A DNA stretch of 64,000 bases, from contig NC_043010.1 in the NCBI RefSeq assembly GCF_006345805.1, positions 29,140,001 through 29,204,000 on the forward strand. The letters are read 5' to 3'. Below are positions 26,240 to 41,169 of the stretch, one piece after another. Origin of the DNA: Octopus sinensis (Eukaryota). The notes under the pieces were generated by a model. That model searched no databases, was not told the DNA's origin, and was given only the letters and a program-made list of their open reading frames with translations. Position 1 is the first letter of the stretch, and each line of letters starts with the position of its first letter. Both the position numbers and the translations under genes were made by a program.

Positions 26240-26915
26240 ATGATAACCTCACACTCCAGGTCTTACTGTCATACTCAAATTCAGTGACACTCTAATTGTA
26301 TACATAAGACAACACAATATAGTCATATGCAATACATATTGCCCACCGGATGCTCCAAACAACATAGGCAAGTTTGAAGATTGCCTCACAAGAATTAAAG
26401 AAATCTTCATGAAACTGGAATGCCATGTGAGCATATTTCTTATGGGTGATTTCAACTTCCCCAACGTCAAATGGCCCGAAGGTCTCTTGCTCTCAGGAAT
26501 GACTCATTGCAAGCAAGCACAGGTGGAGTCCCTTCTAAATCTCACCAATGCGCTATTCATTGAGCAAGCTGTACTCAGACCAACTAGGACGAATAACATT
26601 TTGAATCTCTGCTTCACGAACAATATGGACACCATTCATGATGTGAAAGTGACACCCACATTAGTATCGGATTACAACATAATAGAGCTGTCTATGTTTG
26701 GGCGGAAAGTAGCCAGAGACACACAGCCTAAAGAAAGCACACGAAATCTCTCCAATCTGAACTTCCACAAAGCAGATTGGAAATCGATCCGAAAAGAAAT
26801 TCTCAGACAGGACTGGCCGACATGTTTCTCCACACCAGGCATTGGCATGACACTAGAATGTTCCATGTCTGTTGTGCAAGCCATATGCCTGAAATATGTC
26901 CCAGATTTGTTGTAG
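26240..26915 (+). mobile_element. CR1-like LINE apurinic endonuclease fragment
   Basis: ORF 26409-26915 IFLMGDFNFPNVKW...PTRTNNILNLCFTNN...NFHKADWKSI. Confidence 0.8.
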
Positions 26916-27440
26916 GAATCAAAGGGGTTCATAGGTAAAAGAAAAAATAGTTGTGAAACTATAGCACAAGCAGTAATATGTGATCTGGGATATGCTTGTA
27001 TGGAATTGCTTTAACTAAGATTTCAACTGTCAAAAGTATAACCAGAATATGGAGTTCTGGGCTCAGAAGGAAACAGAGCGCAGGGTCGGGGGGAAGGCAT
27101 CAAAGACAAGTTACCCAGGTCACAGGAAAAAAATTGAAGAACGTATATATACACTATAAACATGCATGTATACAAATATATATACTTATTTATACATTTA
27201 TATGTATACATATACACACAAGAGCTCATACATATATATTGCGTATATATGTACATTTATGAATATACATACATAAAAATTGTCTCCAGCAGGTTTGCTT
27301 TCAGTCCCAGTGCATAGTAGGTGTTTTCTAGTACAACCCTGGGCCAACCGAAGACTTGTGAGTGGGTTTGGTTCACAGATGTGTGTATATATATATATAT
27401 ATATTATATATATATATATATATATAATATATATATATAT

Positions 27441-30400
27441 CTTGCCCCACACAACGGCTCTCCACAATCTAGGCTTCACTTGGAGCAACGGCTCATATTC
27501 CTTCTACAGACTCCACACGGACTCAACACAGCCCCCTCCTCTTAGTGACTGCGCTCCACTTCTCCCCACTAGCATCTTTTATTTTTTATTTATTATTTTT
27601 TATTTTTTATTTTTTATTTTTTATTTTTTATTTTTTATTTTTTATAATTGTCCTTATGCAGTCACACACACACACATACTCAAGTACTCACGAACACACC
27701 TACTCCCAACACACCACACACACACAACGTACATGCACATGTACGCACACATACTTCCACACCTATACATACACCCACACACCCACACCTCCCACGCGCA
27801 CACACACACATGCCCGTGCACACACACCAGGGACAATACTCATACAGATACGCACACTCCTATAAACACCTAGCAGAGACGCACAGATACACGCACGTAA
27901 GGGCACACACGCACACAAGAACGCGCATGTACCTTACGCCCACACAACTCCACCCCCCCCCGCATACATTCACACACAAACATACATACGTACACACACA
28001 TAATACATACAAAGATACATTCATACATACATACATACACACACACGCATACATACATACATACATTCATACATACATACACACACATACATACATACAC
28101 ACACATACATACATACACACATACATACACACACATACACATATGCACACATACATACATACACACACATACACACATACATACATACACACACATACAT
28201 ATACATACATACATACACACACATACCCACACACACACGGACGCACACATACATACATACATACACATACACACACACATACACACATACATACATACAT
28301 ACATACATACATACATACACACATACATACACACATACACACACACATACAAACATACATACACACACATACACACACACATACATATACATACATACAT
28401 ACATACACACACATACACACACATACACACACATACATATACATACATACATACACACATACACACATACACGCATACACACATACATACATACATACAC
28501 ACACACATACACACATACATACATACATACATACACACACATACATATACATACATACACACATACATATACATACATACGTACACACACGCACATACAC
28601 ACATACACGCATGCACACATACATACATACATACACATACATACACACACATACATACATACATACATACATACATACACACACACATACACACATACAT
28701 ACATACATACATACATACACACATACATACACACATACACACACACATACAAACATACGTACACACACATACACACACACATACACATACATACATACAT
28801 ACATACACACACATACATACATACATACATCCATACATACATACACACACATACACACATACATACATACATACATACATACACACATACATACACACGT
28901 ACACACACACATACAAACATACATACACACACATACACACACATACACACACATACAAACACATACATATACATACACACATTCACGCATACACACATAC
29001 ATACATAATACACACACACACATACATACATACATACATACACACACACATACATATACATACATACACACACATATACATACATACGTACACACACGCA
29101 CATACACACATACACGCATGCACACATACATACATATATACACACACATACACACACATACATACATTCATACGTACATACATACACACATTTACATACA
29201 TACATACATACATACACACACACATACACACATACACACACATACATACACACTCACATACACACACACATACATACATACACACATACTTACATACACA
29301 CACGCATACATATACATACACACACACAGATACACACATACACACATACATACATACACACACGCATACATACACACATACATACATAGACGCATATATA
29401 CATACATACACACATACATATACATACATGCATACAGGCACACACATACACACATACACGCATGCACACATACATACATACACATACATACACACAAACA
29501 TGCACACACATACATACTATACACACATACACACACATACACACATACATACATACACACACGCGTACATATACATACATACATACACATACACATACAC
29601 ACACACACTTACACACATACACCCGTATATACATACATACTTACACACATACACACATACACACATACATACATACACACACGCATACATATACATACAT
29701 ACATACACATACACACACACATACACACATACATACGTACACACACATACATACACACATACATACACACATACATACATAGATACATACTTACACAAAC
29801 ATACATATACATACATACATACATACATACACACACATACGCACACACACACACACACGCACGCACACATACATACATACACACACATACATACACACAC
29901 ATACATACATACATACACACGCACTTACACACATACACACATACATACACACAGATACATACATACATACATACATACATACACACACATACACACACAC
30001 ATACACACACATACATACATACATACGCACATACATACACATATACACATATGCACACACACACATATATATATACATACATACACACACATACACGCAT
30101 GCACACATACATACATACATACACACCCACACGCATACATATACATACATACATACACACACATACACACATACACACATACATACACACACATACATAC
30201 ACACATACATACATACATACATACATACACACACACGCACATACATATACATACATACACACACACATGCACACATACACGCAGACACACATACATACAT
30301 ACACACATACATACACACACATACATACACACACATATACACGCATACACACACATACACACATACATACATACACACACATACATACATACACACATAC

Positions 30401-31610
30401 ACACACATACACACATACATACACACACGCATACATATACACACATACATATACATACACATGCACACATACACACATACACACATACAAACATACACAC
30501 ACATACGTGCACACATACATAGATACATACATACACATACATATACATACATACACACACATACACGCATGCACACATACATACACATACATACACACAC
30601 ATACATACACACACACACTTACACACATACACACATACACACATACATACATACATACATACACACATATAAACATATAAACACACATATAAGCCTCTAC
30701 ATTGTACACACACGCACATATATACATACATTCACTCGCACGCACGTACACACACACGCACACACACACATTTACATATATATACTATACACGCACACAC
30801 ACACATACACACGCACAAACACACACAAACTCACATACACACCGACAGATATACATACACATTATACACCAATCCGCGCACGCACACATACACATAAACA
30901 CATACAAACGCACACATACACACATACACGTACATACATACACACTCACACAAATGAACCCACACATACATCCCTACACACACACACGCACGTACAATCA
31001 CACACGCACACATACACTAGGTTAAGCACAGTTACTCGCCACACACCCAAGCTCTACGCATACACACACGAACACACACATGCACACACACACACTACAA
31101 ACAACACACACACATGATACATATACTTACACGCACACACATATACCCCTTTGTTTTCGACCTGGTTTTGACCTCGCTTGATACAAAAAAGTGCCACTCC
31201 TTTATGACAGCTGGCTTGCCATGCCTGTTATTCACCATACATACATACACACACACACGCATGCACGCACAAACACACTTGTCATCCTTGCACACACACA
31301 CACACACACACACATGCACCGACACACATTCCTTGTCTTTGAAACTCTCTTGTTTTTAAAAATCATGATTCGTCTACCTTTCAACTTCTGTTCTTTCATG
31401 TGATCTCTTGAGCACCACCAGCAAAAATATTTTTTTCCTCTGTCTTCCCTTCTCGGGATCTTCCCTTCTCCTTTGTTTCCGACGAAGAGCTCCGCTCGGA
31501 ACGTTAAACCCTCCTTCTCTTCTTTCCTGAGCGTCAAATAATACTTTAATTGTTCCACGTCCTCGCGTTGCTGTGTTTTTTTCTGTGTTTTCTTGTTTGG
31601 ATTAACTATA
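27441..31610 (+). mobile_element. Probable Penelope-like 3' remnant with a greatly expanded internal (CA/CATA)n tract
   Basis: 27470-27540 translates QSRLHLEQRLIFLLQTPHGLN (resembles GIY-YIG PLE C-termini). A low-complexity tract follows, then a hammerhead-like motif at 31475-31509, then (TA)n. Confidence 0.5.
27650..31330. repeat. ~3.6-kb compound (CA)n/(CATA)n microsatellite
   Basis: Direct reading; source of the spurious His/Thr/Tyr and Cys/Val/Met ORFs. Confidence 0.97.
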
Positions 31611-31943
31611 TATATATATATATATATATATGTAGGTCCCGGGTTGAGTCGGGGTTAACCACAGTAAATAAGGTACTCAATACATAGCAGAGTAAATTAA
31701 TTTATTTTATAGAAGGAGCCTCTACAGGACTAGAACTGTTTCATTCAAATGAAATCATCAGGAAGCTTTGTGTCAAGAATAGTTTCTAAGAAAGACAGTT
31801 TGCACCAGGCCTACCCCAAAAAAGTCCCCCACCACCACCCCTTTAAATCTGCCTAAATGTATAAATGCCAAAACTATTCTTGACACAAAGCTTCCTGATG
31901 ATTTCATTTGAATGAAACAGTTCTAGTCCTGTAGAAGCTCCTT

Positions 31944-32015
<72 letters not shown>

Positions 32016-32659
32016 GATAACCGTATTTATTTTTACATTTCAATCCACGTCTATTTTTAATTTTGATTACATTTTTTATTAATGATATCATCAAAAACTT
32101 TTAGACGATTTCGATTTGCATAGTAGCTCGAAAAATGGCGAGCAGAAGGTAGGGAAGAGGGCGAAACGGTACCAGCATCCGTTTCAGGAGTGCATCCCTT
32201 TAAAAGTTGAAATTTGAAACTATTAATGTTGTTCAAGTTGTTGTACAGTTCACTTAAATTCATGCAGTCTGCTTTCCACACCACAAACAACTAGAGTTAA
32301 CGTTAAAATGTGTCGGCTATGCTTATATAAGCCGCTAAATATATGCAAATAGTCGATCGGCATAACGAATATAACTGAATATTGGAAATGGGCCAAATCG
32401 TGTGTTTGCGTAATACCAAGTGAATGTGCATAACACACTGTAAGTTAATTATACAGTAAAGATAACAGTAAAATGGCTTTAAGAGCTTATGTTAAGTTGG
32501 GGAGGACTCATGTAATATATGCATAAATGTATATACATACATATATATAGAATGTTGTAATTTCATAGGTCATGGCTGTAATTTCTCATATCTTTAAATG
32601 TTTAAGATTATATTTATCGTCCATATCGTTGTCTGCGCAAATGATTAAATAATTTATAT

Positions 32660-33960
32660 CTCAGATGAGGAAAGTGGACTCGAGTGGAGCACACAACAGG
32701 ACTGAAAAGAGAGCCAGTGATGAAGAAGAGTTTCGGCAAAGTGGGGTGTTAGATGTTTGAATAAAATGTAAAGTCGTGGGGTGAAGGGAGTTAAAGGTTG
32801 TGCAGAGCATCAGAGAAGCCTTCTGATATGGAATAAGAACATAAGACTGTCTCTGCTCAATCTCCTTGTTAGGGTGATGATAGTGAAGATAAAATAGATT
32901 TTAGCACATTTTTGCAAAGAAATAACTTTGGATATTTGAAGAACTTAGTTGCATATAAATTGAAAACGACAGCAGATATCACAATAAAAGCAGTTCATTT
33001 ACTGAAAGGATGGAAGATCTTTCCCAGACATTGGTTTGAGAAAGTTTCTACAAATGGAGAAATTATGGAAAGGAAATGGTTTTTATAATCTCCACTGTTG
33101 CTACACTATTATGAATTATGGAATGACTGTTTACTGTTTTCCTTCCTCTACTTCTTGTGAAATGTTAAAATCATTTATCTGTATGAATGTAAACGGACAA
33201 TGTAGTACAAGATGCAGTTTTTGTTAAAGGAATCTACAAAGATGTGACAAAGTTATTGCAAGCCTTCATCATTTTAAGAAAGGAACATTTTTCTAGAAAT
33301 AACAAACCTGCTGCAAGATCGCTTCCCAACTCTTCAACAATTCCTGTTTATATCTTTGTTAAATTTTTGGTACCAAACTTTATTATCTGTATGGAATTTC
33401 ATTAAGCTTCTTGTGACTTAAAAGGGCTTATTTCAAATCTTGAATTTGAAAAATGAAATTATCCTCAATGCAATACAATTAGCTAATGAATATTGTGTAA
33501 ACGGGAGATACCAATTGCATAGACAGGGAGAAGAAAATAATAATGTATGGAGAATTAGCAGGAGATAATAACCTGACGGCAAAGCAAGAAATAAACTGAG
33601 TAATGTCTGAGATCGTGAACCGATTTAAAACTGAAATGAAAGACCGCAGTATTCATCTTCACAACCTCAGAGATCGATTTTCATTTCCATTTCTACTGAA
33701 TTTGACTTCATTCGTAATTAATTGAGAATGAAAAATAAACAAAGATTTAAAAAGGAGTGATGAAGTGACAATCATTTAGTTATCAATGAGATTGTTGACT
33801 GACTGCAGTTCTCTCCAATCCAAAAGATGCTCTGGAGACTTTACTGCAGCTTGGAAGGGGTGGCTTTCCTACTGTTTACTGTAGCATTCCCGATCGCAAA
33901 CTGTGAAAGGTCAGAACAGCTAACATGACGTTGATCAGAATTGGAAAAGAATTACTTTCA
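32660..33960 (+). mobile_element. hAT (ZMYM1/TTF zinc finger-type) transposase remnant
   Basis: HWFEKVSTNGEIMERKWF...VYCF (~33028-33150) and FPIANCERS (~33887-33913, hAT dimerisation motif); many stop codons. Confidence 0.6.
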
Positions 33961-34426
33961 ACTGATGAAAAAGTAAATGAAATAGTCGTAGTATTTCCTG
34001 ACACAAGAACTCGTTTGGGACACAGACACTGCACTTGATATGGCTGGTTCATATTTAATTTGTATAAAAAGTTTATTTCATCTGCTTTTACTTATTTAAG
34101 ATGTCTTCTTTTCTTTCTTTTCTCAGATCTAGTTTCTGTACTTGAGTCTTGGAGGTATAAACCAATGAGACAGATGATATTAATGACCTTCTTAAACCTT
34201 TTGACACTATACGACTAGGGAGAAGTATTTGAATGCATTCTTTTATGTTCTATGGTTGATAAAGTAAGTACCACCCACGTATTGTGGTCGATATTAAATC
34301 GATTTTGACCCTAGCTATAAAACTTTTTGGATTTTGTACAATGTAAGAAATCAGTGTGATTATAATTCTTGTCAATTGTTTTGTTTTGTCTTTTTTGCAG
34401 AGTTGTATTTGCTTACCAGAAAAATA

Positions 34427-34619
34427 ATGGAAGTGAAAGTTGACCGGAGCTGGGCGTGGGTGGTTTTGGCTGCTACGTTTGGCATTCACTTCATTAGTGG
34501 CAGCCTTCAATATTCGTCCGGAATAATCCGATTAAATTTGTTACTGGACACTATTTCTGAAGAGAAAGTATTTGTAACGTGGATTATTTCCATATACAAC
34601 AGTTTATTCGCTTTAGCGG
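34427..34619 (+). CDS. SLC16/MCT-family MFS transporter, coding exon 1 (TM1-TM2)
   Basis: Acceptor ttttgcag ends at 34400 and the ATG is at 34427. Translates MEVKVDRSWAWVVLAATFGIHFISGSLQYSSGII...WIISIYNSLFALAG, with the MCT TM1 motif DxxWAW. Phase-1 donor G|gtatgt at 34620. Confidence 0.85.
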
Positions 34620-34637
34620 GTATGTATGGAATCACAA

Positions 34638-34673
<36 letters not shown>

Positions 34674-35336
34674 CCCTCTATCCATTTCTCTCTTCCTCTC
34701 TCTCTTTTTAATATATTATATAGTGTTTCTTTTCGGTGGTGGGTTACATTTTGAGTCCGAGATTTTGCAATAGTTGCTAGAGGGCAACTTTGTTTTTTAT
34801 TGTTCCGAAGTCGATAAATCGATAAAAAAAATGTACCACTCCAGAATAGTTGTTTGTTGGAACTGAAAAAAAACATTGGTCCGGATGACTGGCAGTATTT
34901 GTTTTGGATCTTTGCGTTCTGAGTTCATATCCCTTGAATGATACATTTAATCTGTCATCTGGTTTAATGCCATCACCTAGCATCTTAGCTGCCTTTATTG
35001 AAGTCCACTCTGTAGTAAGCATTTGGGCCAGCTCCTGATTAAAGGAAGATTTTTAAAATGTAGAAAATTGTGATGTTCTTGTATTTCGTAAAACAGTGAT
35101 GTAATTTAAAGGAGTTTGTTTCATCTGCATGATGAAATCGTATCGAGAACTTAGTGTCTATCAAGCATCGGTTATCATATAAAGAATAACAGACACAGAG
35201 ATCGAACTTAGAAAATATACCTTTTTCAAGGGTGATAAAATAAATACTAGTCAAGTGATGGAGTTGATGCAGTTGACTATCACCAGCCCCTAACATTACT
35301 GACCTTGTGCCAAAATTTTAAACTATTTTTATTATT

Positions 35337-35550
35337 AAGGTGACGAGCTAGCAGAACCGTTAGCACGTCGGGCAAAATGCTTGTCAGCATTTCGTTCGTT
35401 TTACGTTCTGAGTTCAAATTCTACCGAGGTCAACTTTGCCTTTCATCTTTTCGGGGTCAATAAAATAAGTACCAATCGAGTACTGTGATCGATGAAACCG
35501 ACTAGCCACCTACCACCCAAAATTTCAGGCCTTATACTTTTGTTTTCATT
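35337..35550 (+). mobile_element. tRNA-derived SINE (family 3) with a Deu/Nin-like central box
   Basis: aaggtgacgagctagcagaaccgttagc head, gagttcaaattc B box and gcctttcatctttcggggtcaataaaataagtacc box. Confidence 0.7.
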
Positions 35551-35864
35551 ATTGTGAACAAATGCAAATGTGAATTGATGGATTTTGTAAATCAAAACAA
35601 AAGCAAACTTGAGACAGAGAGAAAGGGATTTGATGATTTCATCCTCAAAACCCCGAAGTGGGTTATTAATTAAAATGTCCTCGGGCGTTTATAAAACAAC
35701 CTGCAAAAATTCTCATGTAGTGTGAGGATTTAAAAAAAAATCAACTGACAAAAGGATTTTTGAAGGGCATTTTAAAAAACTTCCACTAGTAGAGAGGTCC
35801 GAAACTCCCGAGCTTCTCGAAAATCAAGATGAGTGACCTCTTTTTCTTTCTCCGACTTAGTTTA

Positions 35865-37612
35865 CTGTGCTGAGGATAGGGTGTGTGAATATGAGCAAAC
35901 TTGGATCAGCTTGGAAGCAAGGTCACTTGCTCAATGATCTCAGATCACTTCATTTAGATGTGGCCACCATTAGTGAAGAATTTCCGGAAAGCATGCGCCA
36001 TTTTCAAGGACTACAAATTATTCTAACGTTGTGGTCTATTGGGAACGGGTGGCAGTGAAGCACTGCTACACCGGAAATCCTTAGATCTCTAAGTACTGGC
36101 TATCTTCTTGGACCCGGACGGGAAGGCGGTGGTCCTGGACGTGAATGGCAGCGAAAGTAATGCCTTTATATAGGTGGTAGTTTATGCCCCGACGGGGGCT
36201 GGAAGGCCAAATTTCTTCAGGAGTCGAGAAATATTCTTGAGAATGTCTCACAAATTCGTGATATGTGCAGTCGACTCAGATAGGACATGTAGATAGGGAC
36301 TTTGTTACTGGAAGTTGAATGCGTCCTTATCGGCACACAACTACTACAGGGACTGGATTAGTGAAGTAAAATCGAAAGCGTTTAGCAAAGATTTAGCAAT
36401 AGAAAGAAATAGATTACAAGGAGAACTAGTCAGCAAAGTAGAAGCTAATTGCGACCAACGTGACCAACGTGCTAGCGGCAAGAATGGCACGTGACCATTT
36501 CTCTGAGGTGAAACATAAAGGCTACGTTGTCAGAGCTGGGGCCCATGCACTCAAACACAAGGAACTAAAGTCGTCCGATGGGCCTGAACGGTGGAGACGC
36601 AACGTGGTAACAAAATCACAATCAAGTCTCTGATGGGATGGGCGCGTACAACTCGGTTCTGAGCAGATGTGTGAAGCTTTCTAGAAGCACTTTGCGTGGC
36701 TGTTTGGAGAGGGCGACGGGTTGATGATGGTAGCGGACCATACTTCGTATCTGGACGGCCTGCCACGGTACTCGGCAGCGGAAGTGAGGTTCTGCCGCTG
36801 AAATACGGGTGGCGATGAGCGATTGCTCAAGTAACAAATCACCTGATTTGAATGGTCTGCTCTATGAGTTCATGCCAGATTTATTTGGCGGCCTCTAAGT
36901 AGATGTCTACCGTAACTAACATCAGAACGGGGGATGTTGTTAGCTGGGGTGTAGTGATGCTTCTGAGGAAGGACGCCGACAATGGAAATCTGCAAGGAAA
37001 TTTTCGACCCATAACACTGCTAAACAAACAGTTTAAGATTTTAGCCAAGATGTTAGCAAAAAGGTTGGTGCTGGTCGTCGACAGTCTGATCGGGGAAGCG
37101 TAAACGTGCATAAACCCGAAGAGATCTATCCATGATAACTTCCACCTAATGTTATACATCGTTGAGAGGGCTGGAATTAAAGCTGGCTTCGGTGGGTCCC
37201 TGATAGGGTTGACCCTCGCTACTTTGAAACCATCCTGAAAGCGAACGGTTTTAGATCCGTTTTCAGAGTCTGGGTCGCTGCAGTGCACATCGACACCTGC
37301 TCGGTGGTCAAAGTAAACGGTAGTCAAAGTAAACCTGTTGGAGACGTTTTGCGTCGCACTTTCGGTCCATCAAGGCTTCCTGCTGTCGCTTCTCCTATAC
37401 TTGCTTGCTTTCGAGCGACTGCTGCGAAAGATGGAACACTTAAGGGGTATCCCTTTCGAACTGGGGGTCGGGAGGGCTTTATTAGCATTCGCAGACGATG
37501 TCACCGTCATGGTGTTGGGCGCCACCAATGAGGAGACGGTCGGCATATTTCTAAAGGAATACGAGTCGGTTGTAGGGGACAAAATCAACGCCGACAAGTC
37601 AATTTATGTTTT
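35865..37612 (+). mobile_element. L1/Tx1-like LINE ORF2 remnant with internal deletions
   Basis: LRIGCVNMSKLGSAWKQGHLLNDL (APE N-terminus), NFRPITLLNKQFKILAK and AFADDVTV. Confidence 0.8.
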
Positions 37613-37614
37613 AT

Positions 37615-39600
37615 ATAAACCATCCATTAGACTTATATGTCATACGAAATCTCATTTGGGAAAAATCAACAAATTCATAATGGATAGAATAATACCAGTG
37701 GTCAATGATAATGTTCAACTCCCTCTATGGAATTCAACATGTGATGTTATAACATGGTTCCATTGCCTCCCGAGTAAGCATAAGACTCGTTTTATACAAT
37801 CTGACATTTCGAATTATTATGCCACTATCTCCCCGATATAATTAAATAAGGCACTGATATTTGCCCGGGATTTTGTAAACATCCCTCGATCTAATATTGA
37901 TATTATCCTAACCGCGAGAAAAACGTTGATAAATTTTAAAGATTATAATTGGATTAGAAGCGGCTCAACAAACTACTTTGATATTGCCATGGTTTTGTCA
38001 GATTCAGCCCAGGTGACAGACCAAGTGGGTCTCTATCTACTGTCTCAACTTAGGAAAATCTATCCAAACATTTCTGGTGGACTATACTGAGATGATGCTC
38101 TATTCGTAGTAAATGGTTCATCTAAATCGGAGATTGAAAGAATAAAGAAATCATTAAGTACATTTCTTTTAAATTTCTTTAATCTCAACATTGTATTCGA
38201 GATTCACAAAAAATAATTTTCGCGACGTCACATTAAATTTAAACACGAAGTTATACTACCCGTACAGCAAACCAAATCAAACATTGCAATATATTAACGT
38301 CTCTTCTAATCATCCGAAATTAACCATCGATAGTATTATCACTGCCATCTCCATTAGAATATCCAACTTATGAGCAAACGAGGAGATCTTCAATGCACAC
38401 GCACCAATTTATAATCATGGCTTTCATGACGATGTTTTCTACATCTCTGATACCAAGCTCAAAACTAACTTAGCTAATTTAACACCTCATAGTAACTCTG
38501 ATGTGATTTAAATAACCCCCTCATTAAATTATAAACCTGTAAGAGGACCTGTCATTAACCCTATCAAATTTTATAATCCTAATGCTAGAAATTTTAATAA
38601 ACATGCTCCTTCTATGCTCAAACACCTGGATGGGGTAACTCACTCTAAATCTAGGAAAAGACAAATTATATGGTTTGCCCTCACATTTTCGCTAAGAGTT
38701 AAAAATCTAGCAAAACAGTTTTTCAAAATTCTTAAACTAAATTTCCATAAGCATCATAAATACTCACCTATATTTAACAAAAATACTATAAAATTATCTT
38801 ATTCTACCACGCCGAACTTGGGGTCAATTATCGCATCTACAAACAGAAATAAAATTCAAATCCAAATTAATAAAAGCCCAGATCATAGGATACCTAACAC
38901 AATTCCAAATAACATTAATAACACTAAAAGTATAAATAGGAAGCCAAAAAGCTGCAATTGTAGGGCTCTGAATTATGTCCGCTTGCAGGTATATGTCTAC
39001 GCAAAAATGTAATATATAAATGTACAGTGACAAATGAAAAACAGCAAACTAGAGTATACATAGGGAGTACTAAAGACTTCAAAACACGATACAGAATACA
39101 CGTAAATTCCTTTAATAAGTTAAAACATAAAAGCTCTACGGCGTTAGCAAGCTATATTCAATTTAAAATTACAAAACATCACTTATACATTGTCTTGGTC
39201 GATCATAGATGAGGCCCCACCATCCAATACCATTACCGGCATATGTTGACTGTGTATAGAAGAATCGTACATAATCCATCGTATTTTTAATTCCACTGTT
39301 TCAAATAAATTTTCTGAAGCTATTCATTCGTGTAACCATAGATATTGTTCAACTTTCAAGAGTAAATTTTAATTCGAAACTGCACAGTACCATTTTCTAT
39401 AGTACAACAATATATTGCCACTTGGTTAAAATTTGAAAAAAATATAATAAAAAAGCTCAGCCCTCTTAATAATTTCCATAACTCGTGTGACTTATATAAA
39501 ATATAAATTAATACTTGCAAAACAAATGCTTTTTTGGCACAAACACTATACTTTTCTTTTTCCCTGATGATGGGGGCATCTCTTGGAAGTGAATATTTTT
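37615..39600 (+). mobile_element. Penelope-like element (RT and GIY-YIG endonuclease), frameshifted
   Basis: IRLICHTKSHLGKINK...RFIQSDISNYY, SGGLY*DDAL, and GIY-YIG TRVYIGSTKDFKTRYRIHVNSF (39027-39212). Confidence 0.85.
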
Positions 39601-40251
39601 ATATTTCTATATCTTTATATTTCTATATTTTTATATTTCATATGTAAATTAGAGAAAAACCACCATTATGCAATTCAAACAATGATAGACATAAACCAAA
39701 TCATAAATAAAAAATAAAATATATTTTTTAAAACATAACTAGATCACAAAAAATATAAAGATGCAAAATCAATATATAGTTAGTAAAAAAAACTATGTAC
39801 GTTTCATGGCTATAATTAACTTTTCATTTAATCGAAAATCAATTCAATTTAAAATTATAGTCACTCTTCAGGTTAACAATAATAACAATAATAGTTAAAG
39901 AAATAAGCAGAGTTAAATAATATTTATTTAAAAAAAATAATGATTTTTTCTTATAGAAGAAACTCCATTAACTAAATTTGAAACTTAAAACATTAGGACC
40001 AGTTGCCTACAATACATTTATTATGTCAAATATTTAAGGTAAAAAAATATTTTTATATTTCTATATCTTTATATACTGAATGTGTTAATATATGTTTTAG
40101 ACAATTCTATCATATTAAATCCGTATATGTATACACCAATCGTAGTCTGTCTGAGGTGAACTTCTCTGTATCTCTTGTACTTGTCTAGCGTCCCAGGTTT
40201 GACTCAAGCACTTCCATGCTTTCTAAGCTTTTCCAACGAAAATTCCTAATT

Positions 40252-40340
<89 letters not shown>

Positions 40341-40407
40341 CATACATATATTGATATATTAATAGAGAAACTTAGAAATACTAATATTTATATACATATA
40401 TACAGAA

Positions 40408-40715
40408 ACTGTAGTTTTTGGCCTCTACTTTGCTTCCACATTTCTGGATAAGGCATATAATACCTTCTTTCAGCTTTTTAGGAAGTATACCACTTGCAAG
40501 GAAACTTTGGAACAGTATCTGAAATGGTTTCGCTAAAGCCTGCTTACATGAATGAGTTTGGGAGAATAGCTGGGAAACCATCAGGACCAGTAGGTGATCA
40601 TGAGCTCATTTCACTCAGGGCTGCTGTTACATCTGTTTCCTCAATGTTGGTGTACTCGATGGCTGACGCCTCCTTCTTTAGAGCTGCAATATCAAAGAAT
40701 TCAGCTGGATTTTTT
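40408..40715 (-). mobile_element. CR1-like RT fragment
   Basis: ALAKPFQILFQSFLASGILPKKLKEGIICLIQK; homologous to 59640-59760. Confidence 0.7.
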
Positions 40716-41011
40716 TATCTGCATGTGTGTATATATATATATATATATATAGGGAAAGTTTACGAAAAAAACAAAAGACGAAGACAGGTGGTGTACAAAA
40801 CAAACAGATGTATTAGTATAACGCTCAGGAATAGAAAAAGTATTTTACGTTTCGAGCCTACGCTATTCTACAGAAGGGTACACAGAAAAAACAAGGAGAG
40901 AAACAAGGAGAGAAAAAATGTGTGTAGTGGCTAACGATCTATCATGGCATCCTGTATATATATATATATATGTATATATATGTGTGTGTGTGTGTGTATG
41001 CATATGCAATA

Positions 41012-41065
<54 letters not shown>

Positions 41066-41169
41066 AATTTATAGACTGGATACACACTTTATGATAAACT
41101 ACTAGAAAAGAAAATAAGGAAAAATATAAGGTAGTCAGTAAAAATTATTTAGATAATATTAACATAATT

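Noticed and set aside
27648-30680. 1010-aa ORF and overlapping His/Thr/Tyr or Cys/Val/Met ORFs
   Set aside because: They are translations of (CA/CATA)n, which lacks stop codons in most frames; there is no protein-like content.
39560-39595. CTGATGA at the Penelope 3' end
   Set aside because: No properly placed GAAA, stem III or stem I; at best a fully decayed remnant.
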